This document shows positions 1 to 7,267 of a DNA stretch of 64,000 nt, piece after piece. This stretch comes from an uncultured Clostridia bacterium. GTDB lineage: Bacteria; Bacillota; Clostridia; Oscillospirales; CAG-272. The notes under the pieces are model-generated. The model made no database searches and was not told the origin of the DNA. It saw nothing but the letters and a program-made list of their open reading frames with translations. A program made the position numbers and the translations under genes. How positions within the stretch are numbered: position 1 is the stretch's first letter; every line of letters starts with the position of its first letter. Where the stretch lies: positions 2,988 through 66,987 of the forward strand of contig CALFNW010000087.1 of the NCBI GenBank assembly GCA_937902275.1, given 5' to 3'.

Positions 1-410
1 GCGTGGGATACGAGCTTCTTACCCTCGGCTTGTTCTATCAACTGCTTGCCGTGCTCGACGGTTACTCCAGCCGCTCGGGCAAGGTTTCGGGAGCGTTTGA
101 AACAGCGGTACATTGTATTGATCACTCATACGCCGATCCCGAGCTCAAAATATCCGAAATATGCACCGACGCCGGCATTTGTGAGACCGCTTTCAGACGG
201 CAATTCCAAAAGATCTACAGCAAATCGCCTATCGAATACATTACCGAACGCAGATGCGAGAAAGCCAAACAGCTGTTGACGCACCGCTCGGTATCGGTCG
301 AACGCGCCGCTGCGGAAAGCGGTTTTTCAGACTCAAAATATTTTTCAAGGGTGATAAAAAAGTATTTCGGCTGTACGCCCTCCCAACTTCGCGAGCTTTA
401 TACCAAATAA
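1..410 (+). CDS. AraC/XylS-family transcriptional regulator, C-terminal HTH portion (5' end outside window)
   Basis: The frame is open from the window edge to the stop at 408-410. The translation has the AraC double-HTH pattern (ICTDAGICETAFRRQFQKIYSKSPIEYITERR ... AAESGFSDSKYFSRVIKKYFGCTPSQLR). Confidence 0.8.
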   Translation, partial: VGYELLTLGLFYQLLAVLDGYSSRSGKVSGAFETAVHCIDHSYADPELKISEICTDAGICETAFRRQFQKIYSKSPIEYITERRCEKAKQLLTHRSVSVERAAAESGFSDSKYFSRVIKKYFGCTPSQLRELYTK

Positions 411-431
411 AAATCGGCGTGTCGTCGGAAC

Positions 432-1256
432 TCAATAGTTCCGCGGAGACACGCCGAAGTTTTTTTTAAAAACATATGAAAAGTATGCGGGATTGCAGAA
501 ACCGAGGCTGTCGGAGATCTCGGTGATCGAAAGCTCCGAATGTTTAAGCAGCCATTTTGCTTCATCAAGCCGAAGCTTTTCGATATATTGGTTAATGCTC
601 ATTCCCGAATTCTTCTTGAAAAGATGACTGATGGTCGATACGCTGTAATTGAATTTCTGCCCGAGCATCTTGACCGACAGCTCTGAGCAGTGATTTTCGG
701 TTATATACTGTAAAAGATCTGTATAAAGACTTCTGCTGTCGCACGTTTGAAACGGTACCTTTTCAAAATAGCCTTCGAGCATAATAATAAGCGGATGTAT
801 CACCGCGTCGAGGGCAGCTTTCTCCGGCTGCTCACTCAAAAGCGAGTCAGCACGCATTTTAAGCAAAGTTTTAACCTCAAAGCCGTTTTTTTCGGCAAAA
901 TGCACGGCTTTTTCTACGGCTTGCTTTTCATCTCTGCCGGCATATCCGCTTACCGATATAAAGCCGAGCGAACTGTCGCCGCTTCCGATCGGATAAACAT
1001 ACTCACCGACGCCGGCATGACACACCCCGAAGAACTCGCCGTCTTTGACCTTTTCAAAGACCTTTTTTTGTTTCTCCACACAGATGTTCCAATTATTGCA
1101 GACGGTTTTGATATATCTGCAATACGGATTAAGATGAAAATTATATTTTGCAAGTTCCGGGATCACTATCGGACTGCCGTGAAGCGTAACAAAATATCCG
1201 AGCTTACCGATCAAAAAATCAAGGTATGCGCATATATCGTCAAGTAAAATGTTCAT
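432..1256 (-). CDS. AraC-family regulator with PocR-like N-terminal sensor domain
   Basis: The C-terminal AraC HTH is clear (VSTISHLFKKNSGMSINQYIEKLRLDEAKWLL ... LGFCNPAYFSYVFKKNFGVSPRNY). The N-terminal Cys-rich block YCRYIKTVCNNWNICVEKQ...GVCHAGVGEYVYPI resembles a PocR sensory domain. The ORF track starts at a GTG at 1274; the ATG at 1256 follows GAGGAG and is preferred. The gene is divergent from the 1380 operon. Confidence 0.8.
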   Translation of the reverse strand: MNILLDDICAYLDFLIGKLGYFVTLHGSPIVIPELAKYNFHLNPYCRYIKTVCNNWNICVEKQKKVFEKVKDGEFFGVCHAGVGEYVYPIGSGDSSLGFISVSGYAGRDEKQAVEKAVHFAEKNGFEVKTLLKMRADSLLSEQPEKAALDAVIHPLIIMLEGYFEKVPFQTCDSRSLYTDLLQYITENHCSELSVKMLGQKFNYSVSTISHLFKKNSGMSINQYIEKLRLDEAKWLLKHSELSITEISDSLGFCNPAYFSYVFKKNFGVSPRNY

Positions 1257-1316
1257 ACCGGCTCCTCTTTGCACGATTACATAAGTTTTATGCGCAAATG
1301 CGAATGAAAATTATGT

Positions 1317-1351
1317 TTTGACGTGGTATTATTATAATACAAAACGTCAAA
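1317..1351. promoter_or_regulatory. Perfect 8-bp inverted repeat TTTGACGT-N19-ACGTCAAA in the divergent control region (candidate operator)
   Basis: The arms at 1317-1324 and 1344-1351 are exact reverse complements. They flank an AT-rich TATTATAAT-like segment between the AraC/PocR gene and the FAD-oxidoreductase operon. Confidence 0.35.
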
Positions 1352-1379
1352 GAAGTCAAGTACGGACGGAGGATCAGCC

Positions 1380-3068
1380 ATGAGATATACAGAACACAAT
1401 GTCGACTTTTGCGTTGTCGGCGGAGGTATGGCGGGTATCTGCGCGGCGCTCTCGGCGGCGAGGCACGGTATAAAGACAATTCTTGTGCAGGATCGCGGAG
1501 TGCTCGGCGGAAACGCTTCAAGCGAAATACGTATGTGGATCTGCGGCGCGCACGGAAAAGATAATCGCGAGACCGGAATAATCGAGGAGCTTATACTTGA
1601 AAATTATTACCGAAATCCGGGACTCTCGTATCCGCTCTGGGATGCGGTGCTGTACGATAAGGTCGCTATGCAGGAGAATCTGTTGCTGCTTCTGAATACA
1701 AGCTGCTTTGATGCCTCGCTCGAAAACGGGCGTATTATGAGCATAAAAGCGTGGCAGTCGCCGTGTGAGACAATGCACACCGTAAAGGCAAAATATTTTG
1801 CCGATTGCTCGGGAGACAGCATACTTGCTCCGCTTACGGGTGCGCATTTCCGTTACGGCAGAGAGGCAAAAAGCGAGTTTGACGAAAACATTGCGCCTGA
1901 AACAGCCGACCGCAAGACCATGGGCATGAGCTGTCTGTTTCAGGTAAGGGAGACCGACACTTATCAAAAATTCACGCCGCCCGAGTGGGCATACAAGTAT
2001 CCGAGCGATGACGACATACCCTTCCGCGAGCACGATCTTTCTTCAAATTTCTGGTGGATCGAGCTTGGAGGCGAGGGGGATTGTATACACGATACCGACA
2101 AGTACCGCGGGGAACTTTTAAAAATTGCTTACGGAGTATGGGATCACGTTAAAAATCACGGAGACCACGGAGCCGACAATTACAGACTCGAATGGATAGG
2201 TCTTTTGCCCGGGAAGCGTGAAAGCCGCAGATATGTCGGCAGATATACGGTATGCCAGCACGACGTAGAAACCGGAGGTAACTTCGACGACACCGTTGCA
2301 TACGGCGGTTGGAGCATGGACGATCATTTCCCGGCGGGAATAGAACACAAAGCTTCGTATCCGACAATTTTTCATCCGGCACCCTCGCCGTGGGGAATAC
2401 CGTTTCGGGCGCTTTACTCGGAAAATATTGAAAATCTGATGTTTGCCGGCAGAAATATCAGCGTTACGCACGCGGCACTTTCCTCCTCGCGCGTAATGGC
2501 TACCTGTGCTCTGCTCGGTCAGGCGACAGGCACCGCCGCGGCGCAGCTGATACATGACGGCGGAACGTTTGACGATATAAATGTTGAAAAGCTTCAGGAT
2601 ACGCTTATGGCGGACGATTGTTTTATCCCGGGTCGGCGACGCAAAGTATCAAAGCTCTCAGAGCGGCTCGAATGTAACAGCGCACTTGTTCATAACGGCT
2701 TTGACCGCAAAGATGAAAACAAATGGACGGGACACCGCGGAGAGTATCTTGAATATAAAAGCGACACGCCGTTTGAGCTGTCGGCTGTCAGACTCGTTTT
2801 TGACAGCGATCTGAACCGCAACTACCACAATATGCCTTGCTGCATCAGATTGCACGAGAATAAATACAAACTGCCGGAAACGCTCATCAAAGATTTTGAC
2901 ATTGTGCTTACAAATGCCGACGGCAGTAAAGAAACGCTTCGGATCCGTGAAAATCGCAACCGTCTTGTAACGCTCGATATACACGGGGAGTATACAAGCG
3001 TTAAATTCATACCGCTTGAAACCTACGGCGCCGAGGATTTCGGAGTTTTTGGTTTTGAGGTACAGTAG
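1380..3068 (+). CDS. FAD-dependent oxidoreductase (PF12831-like) with extra C-terminal domain
   Basis: 562 aa. The N-terminal dinucleotide-binding motif is DFCVVGGGMAGICAALSAARHG...LGGNASSE. GGAGG lies 7 nt upstream of the ATG. Confidence 0.75.
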   Translation: MRYTEHNVDFCVVGGGMAGICAALSAARHGIKTILVQDRGVLGGNASSEIRMWICGAHGKDNRETGIIEELILENYYRNPGLSYPLWDAVLYDKVAMQENLLLLLNTSCFDASLENGRIMSIKAWQSPCETMHTVKAKYFADCSGDSILAPLTGAHFRYGREAKSEFDENIAPETADRKTMGMSCLFQVRETDTYQKFTPPEWAYKYPSDDDIPFREHDLSSNFWWIELGGEGDCIHDTDKYRGELLKIAYGVWDHVKNHGDHGADNYRLEWIGLLPGKRESRRYVGRYTVCQHDVETGGNFDDTVAYGGWSMDDHFPAGIEHKASYPTIFHPAPSPWGIPFRALYSENIENLMFAGRNISVTHAALSSSRVMATCALLGQATGTAAAQLIHDGGTFDDINVEKLQDTLMADDCFIPGRRRKVSKLSERLECNSALVHNGFDRKDENKWTGHRGEYLEYKSDTPFELSAVRLVFDSDLNRNYHNMPCCIRLHENKYKLPETLIKDFDIVLTNADGSKETLRIRENRNRLVTLDIHGEYTSVKFIPLETYGAEDFGVFGFEVQ

Positions 3069-3173
3069 CATGGAAATGTGATCTCGGGTTTCACGCCCGG
3101 ATCAATCGGCCGTGCCGACACGAAAATGCCAATTTATTTTTTGCGCTGCGGCTTAGGCGGCAGGAGGATCAAA

Positions 3174-4235
3174 ATGAAAATATCAAAGGATTTTTGCGGC
3201 GGCAATATCGAATTAACAAAACTCGGCGGCGATACGGTCTATCTTAAAAATGAACTTCGCGACACAACTGAGGATTGGTTTTATTGGGCATTTTGCGTTA
3301 CGGGAGCGGCAGGGCGTCGGATAAAATTCGTATTTGACGATCCTTTGCGTGTGGGTTACTACGGCGCAGCGGTAAGCACCGACCTCGAAAATTGGCGTTG
3401 GAGCGGCACACGTCTTGACGGCAGTTCGTTTGAATACACCTTTGCGGCAAATGAAGATAAGTTATATTTTGCACACGATTTTTTGTATCTCCCCGAAAGA
3501 CTTTATAAATTTGCGGAACATACGGACATTGAGCTTAAAACGCTTTGCAAGAGCCGAAAAGGACGCACTATACCTTATTTTAAATTCGGGAGCGGAAGTC
3601 GGCACATAGTGCTTACTGCAAGGCATCATGCCTGCGAGTCAACCGGCAGCTATGTGCTTGAGGGACTTTTGGGATCGCTTGCCGTATCTCCGCTCGATGA
3701 CACGACGATATTCTGCCTGCCGATGATGGATTATGACGGCGTATGTGACGGCGATCAGGGAAAATTCCGCGCGCCGCACGACCATGCGCGTGAATATGAC
3801 CCGAACCTTACGCCGCTCTACGAAACTACCGCCGCGATGCGCAAATACATTGATGAGCACAATGTGATCTGCGGCTTTGATTTTCACTCGCCCTGGCATC
3901 TCGGCGGGATAAACGACAAAGTATTCATAGTAAGGCGAAAACCCGAAAGGCAAAAGAGCGAATATGAAAAATTCGGCAGGCTGTTAGCCGATTCGCTGAC
4001 GGCAGATGCTTTAAAATACTCGCCTGAGAACGATTTTCCGCCGAATACCGAATGGAACCGCGACAACTCGCCGAATTTTGCAAACTATATTATTAACAAG
4101 CCCTGTGCAAAGCTCGCTTTTACGCTTGAAACCTGTTATTTCGGTGAGGCTGACAATATTTTCTCCTCGGATAAGGCGATAGCGCTCGGAAGCTGCTTTG
4201 CAAAAGCGCTGAGACGTTATTTAAAAAACGATTGA
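3174..4235 (+). CDS. M14-like zinc carboxypeptidase/amidase family protein, no signal peptide
   Basis: An HxxE zinc motif sits in LTARHHACESTGSYVLEGLL, and a later His ligand context is FDFHSPWH. The start is set at the ATG at 3174, preceded by AGGAGG; the ORF-track start at 3078 has no RBS. Confidence 0.6.
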   Translation: MKISKDFCGGNIELTKLGGDTVYLKNELRDTTEDWFYWAFCVTGAAGRRIKFVFDDPLRVGYYGAAVSTDLENWRWSGTRLDGSSFEYTFAANEDKLYFAHDFLYLPERLYKFAEHTDIELKTLCKSRKGRTIPYFKFGSGSRHIVLTARHHACESTGSYVLEGLLGSLAVSPLDDTTIFCLPMMDYDGVCDGDQGKFRAPHDHAREYDPNLTPLYETTAAMRKYIDEHNVICGFDFHSPWHLGGINDKVFIVRRKPERQKSEYEKFGRLLADSLTADALKYSPENDFPPNTEWNRDNSPNFANYIINKPCAKLAFTLETCYFGEADNIFSSDKAIALGSCFAKALRRYLKND

Positions 4236-4259
4236 ATTATTTGGAAAGTGTGAAACAGT

Positions 4260-5546
4260 ATGAACAACAAATTTATAACCGAAAAAGCAAAACAGCTCGA
4301 AATCGCGGGGGAGTATGACGTAATAGTAGCAGGCTCCGGACCGTCGGGATTTTCGGCGGCGGTTACTGCCGCGCGAAACGGAGCAAAAACGCTGATCATT
4401 GAAAGTCAGTCAAGCATCGGCGGAATATCGACAAGCGGACTTATGAGTCATTTTACCGGCAGAGTAAACAGCCGTCTGTATGATGAAATTCTCAGACGCG
4501 CGCATGAAAAGGACCTCTTTGACTGTTCCGACAAAGCCAAAATCGACCCGGAACTCTTGAAAAATACTTATATTGAAATGCTCAGGGAAGCAGGCGTTGA
4601 TATTCTGCTTTACACATTTGTATGTGATGCGATCACCGAAAACGGCAGCGTGATCGGTGTTATTACCGAAAGCAAAAGCGGCAGATGCGCATACCTTTCA
4701 CGTGTACTCGTTGACGCCACCGGTGACGGAGACGTTGCTTATCACGCCGGGGCGGAATATTTTCTCGGACGCGAGAGCGATCGGAAAATGCAGCCGGCGA
4801 CACTGATGTTCAAGCTCGGCGGCGTGGATATGACCCGTGCGGTCCTTCCCCCCTCGTTTGAGACAACGGTTGATACCGAAAAAGGCGAGCTTCAGGCACT
4901 TGCACAAAAGCTGCTGCCGTTTCCCGCCGGGCACGTACTTTTGTATTCGTCTACCATTCCCGGAATCGTGACCTGCAATATGACCAATTGTATTGATATC
5001 GACGGCACCAAAGCCGAAGATCTGACGCGCGCAGAATTAGTCTGCCGCTCGCAGATGGAGCCTATTGTCGCCTTTCTCAGAGAATACGCTCCGGGATACG
5101 AAAACTGCTATATAATAAGCGCGGCTTCGCTTATCGGCGTGCGCGAGACCCGCCATTTCAAGGGCATAAAGCAATTAACCGAGGAAGATATTCTGTGCGC
5201 ACGGCAGTTTGACGATTGGGCGGTCCGCGGCGCATGGTTCAACTTTGACGTTCACAACATGAGCGGAGCGAGCCTTGACAGGACCGGAGTGCAAAAACAT
5301 TTTGGGCAGGCAAACGGCTACACTATCCCATACGGATGTCTTGTCCCCGAAAAACTCGGCGGCTTACTCCTGAGCGGCAGAAATATTTCGGGTACGCACA
5401 TGGCTCACTCTAATTTCAGAGCAATGCCGATCTGCGCAGGAATAGGCGAAGCCTGCGGAGCAGCAGCGGCAATAGCGGTAAATGACAATCTTGAGCTTGC
5501 CGATATCAATATTGACAAACTTCACGAAATACTTGAGGGCAACTGA
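4260..5546 (+). CDS. FAD-dependent oxidoreductase (PF12831-like)
   Basis: 428 aa. The motif is YDVIVAGSGPSGFSAAVTAARNGAKTLIIE...IGGISTSG. It is a paralogous fold to the 1380 gene. Confidence 0.75.
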   Translation: MNNKFITEKAKQLEIAGEYDVIVAGSGPSGFSAAVTAARNGAKTLIIESQSSIGGISTSGLMSHFTGRVNSRLYDEILRRAHEKDLFDCSDKAKIDPELLKNTYIEMLREAGVDILLYTFVCDAITENGSVIGVITESKSGRCAYLSRVLVDATGDGDVAYHAGAEYFLGRESDRKMQPATLMFKLGGVDMTRAVLPPSFETTVDTEKGELQALAQKLLPFPAGHVLLYSSTIPGIVTCNMTNCIDIDGTKAEDLTRAELVCRSQMEPIVAFLREYAPGYENCYIISAASLIGVRETRHFKGIKQLTEEDILCARQFDDWAVRGAWFNFDVHNMSGASLDRTGVQKHFGQANGYTIPYGCLVPEKLGGLLLSGRNISGTHMAHSNFRAMPICAGIGEACGAAAAIAVNDNLELADINIDKLHEILEGN

Positions 5547-5659
5547 ATCCTGAACTTTCCGCAGCCTTTTATCCAAGGTATTATTGCACAAAAATTCAAA
5601 TGTCGGCAGGTATTATCTGACGCTATATCCCGTTTTTATACCAAATTCGCGATTTGCTA

Positions 5660-5688
5660 TTGACAAAGCGGACTCTCTGCGTTATAAT
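5660..5688 (+). promoter_or_regulatory. Consensus sigma-A type promoter (TTGACA-17 nt-TATAAT) of the pheA leader
   Basis: TTGACA at 5660-5665, a 17-nt spacer and TATAAT at 5683-5688 were read directly. Confidence 0.7.
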
Positions 5689-5717
5689 GTGTACATCACT
5701 TAGGGGAGGCAGAGAAA

Positions 5718-5897
5718 ATGGTCACATCGGTTTGCTCAATTGAAAACAGCCGTGTATCGGTCTGCCGTCGTGCCCCTTTGACGATTTCTTGTGTATATTC
5801 CGCAGCAGTACGTATTTTTACGTACTGCTTTTTTGTCTTTTGCTACTTTTATTATATTTTTAACGGCAAGCAAAGGATATTGGCGGAAGAGGCGTGA
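5718..5897 (+). other. Candidate leader ORF (59 codons) with a Phe/Tyr-rich run
   Basis: GGAGG lies 8 nt upstream of the ATG at 5718. The translation is MVTSVCSIENSRVSVCRRAPLTISCVYSAAVRIFTYCFFVFCYFYYIFNGKQRILAEEA. It is one codon below the 60-aa ORF-track cutoff and reads through terminator 1. Confidence 0.35.
5805..5834 (+). terminator. Intrinsic terminator 1 in the pheA leader
   Basis: A 10-bp perfect stem GCAGTACGTA/TACGTACTGC with loop TTTT is followed by TTTTTT. Confidence 0.75.
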
Positions 5898-5913
5898 TTT
5901 TCAGCCGGAGTTC

Positions 5914-5954
5914 AGCGGTTTCCTTTGCAAAGGTCAAAGGAAACCGCTTTTTTG
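5914..5954 (+). terminator. Intrinsic terminator 2 in the pheA leader
   Basis: A 13-bp stem AGCGGTTTCCTTT/AAAGGAAACCGCT is followed by TTTTTT. The loop contains the competing mini-palindrome CCTTTGCAAAGG. Confidence 0.7.
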
Positions 5955-5980
5955 ATATTTCGGTGTAAATTGCCCGATGT

Positions 5981-6014
5981 TTTTTGAGCCGCCTACGGCG
6001 GCATGGAGTGTGTT
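5981..6014 (+). repeat. Hairpin-SD-ATG cassette, short form (at pheA start)
   Basis: The sequence reads TTTTTGA, then GCCGCCtacGGCGGC (5988-6002), then ATGGAGTGTGTT, then the ATG at 6015. Confidence 0.7.
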
Positions 6015-7100
6015 ATGAATAATCTTGAAACAAGCCGTGCGGAAATTGACAGAATCGACCGTGAGATGGCAGAACTGTTTGAAAAGCGTATGCTTGCCTG
6101 TGCAGATGTGGCGGCATATAAAAAGGAACACGCCCTTCCGATATTTGATCCCGAGCGCGAAAACAGCATAATTGCAAATCGCGCGAAGCTCGTGGCTGAT
6201 CATACGCTTCGCGAATACTACACCGAATATATAAAAGATGTCATGAACATCTCAAAGGACTACCAATCGCGCCTTATCAGCGGTATCAAGGTCGTTTACA
6301 GCGGTTGCGAGGGTGCTTTCGGATATATTGCGGCTAAAAAACTTTACCCGTCCTCCGAACTTTACGCCTGCTCGGATTTTACCGACGCTTACACCGCAGT
6401 TGAAAGCGGTAAGTATGACTGTGCGCTGTTACCTATCGAAAACAGCTATGCGGGCGATGTGGGAGTCGTGACCGATCTGATGTTCTCGGGAAGTTTATAT
6501 GTAAACCGCATGGTGGAACTTGAGGTCGTACACAATCTGATCGCCAAACCCGGTGCGGAGCTTAAAAAGATCAAAAAAGTGATCAGCCACCCGCAGGCGC
6601 TTGAGCAATGCGAGGATTATATCAAGGCACACGGATTTGAAACCGTCGCTTTTTCAAACACCGCGCTTGCGGCAAAATATGTAAAAGAAGAATGCGACGA
6701 TACCTGTGCCGCGATCGCTTCCGCCGACACCGCCGAGCTATTCGGACTTGAAATACTCGAAGACAAGATCAACACCTCCTCTGCAAACACCACACGCTTT
6801 GCGGTCTTTTCCAGAGCGCAGAACCTGCCTTTGCCCGACAGCAAGAATGAAAACGAACACTTCATTCTGCTTTTCACCACCAAAAACGAGGCGGGCGCGC
6901 TGGCACAGGCGCTCAATATTATCGGCGCGCACAACTACAATATGCGCACACTGAGAAGCCGCCCGATGAAGGACTTGATCTGGAGCTACTATTTCTTTGT
7001 CGAAGCCGAAGGCAACATAAACACTGAAAACGGCAGAAATATGCTGACCGAACTATCGGCGGTATGCGCAAGACTTAAGCTTGTCGGCACATACAACTGA
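6015..7100 (+). CDS. pheA: Bifunctional chorismate mutase / prephenate dehydratase
   Basis: There is an N-terminal CM helix (RAEIDRIDREMAELFEKRM), a PDT domain (VVYSGCEGAFGYIAAKKLYP) and a C-terminal ACT region (LLFTTKNEAGALAQALNIIGAHNYNMRTLRSRP). The start is at the second in-frame ATG, because GGAG lies inside the upstream ATGGAG. Confidence 0.9.
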   Translation: MNNLETSRAEIDRIDREMAELFEKRMLACADVAAYKKEHALPIFDPERENSIIANRAKLVADHTLREYYTEYIKDVMNISKDYQSRLISGIKVVYSGCEGAFGYIAAKKLYPSSELYACSDFTDAYTAVESGKYDCALLPIENSYAGDVGVVTDLMFSGSLYVNRMVELEVVHNLIAKPGAELKKIKKVISHPQALEQCEDYIKAHGFETVAFSNTALAAKYVKEECDDTCAAIASADTAELFGLEILEDKINTSSANTTRFAVFSRAQNLPLPDSKNENEHFILLFTTKNEAGALAQALNIIGAHNYNMRTLRSRPMKDLIWSYYFFVEAEGNINTENGRNMLTELSAVCARLKLVGTYN

Positions 7101-7145
7101 ACGCATATATAAATCACTGTTTGAACCGTCTACTACGGCATCGGA

Positions 7146-7267
7146 GCGCGAAAATTTTATCTCACCCGAACTGAATCTCAGCTTTCGCGCCGCAAATTTC
7201 CGCATCGCAATCAATGCGAAATTTTACGTTTACTTTTTGAGTCGGCTCCGCCGACATTGGAATTATT
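7146..7267 (+). repeat. Structured intergenic repeat, long form, ending in the hairpin-SD-ATG cassette (pheA/aroB junction)
   Basis: It aligns by eye with the copies at 22568-22684, 26896-27007 and 43369-43483. It opens with a hairpin closed by GCGCGAAA...TTTCGCGC and has AAATTT-spaced short hairpins. It ends TTTTTGA, GTCGGCtccGCCGAC (7241-7255), ATTGGAATTATT, ATG 7268. Confidence 0.7.

Noticed and set aside
5690-6002. A T-box or known riboswitch upstream of pheA.
   Set aside because: I looked for the T-box consensus (..GGGTGGTACCGCG..), a specifier-loop/AG-bay pattern, TRAP-type GAG/TAG repeats and purine or preQ1-like cores. None was found by eye. An Rfam scan is still needed.
6003-6014. 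Upstream in-frame ATGs give the N-termini MECV-, MVIC-, MEII-, MEIY-, MEAE- and MGKIV- in the ORF track (6003, 8327, 30009, 43380, 50741, 57673, 53706).
   Set aside because: These ATGs belong to the conserved repeat (cATGGAG), whose GGAG is correctly spaced as the Shine-Dalgarno for the next ATG, and they have no RBS of their own. The downstream ATGs also give canonical protein N-termini, for example MKNTFGQS for AroC and MLTAIAGINWGDEGKG for PurA. This is not proven without N-terminal data.
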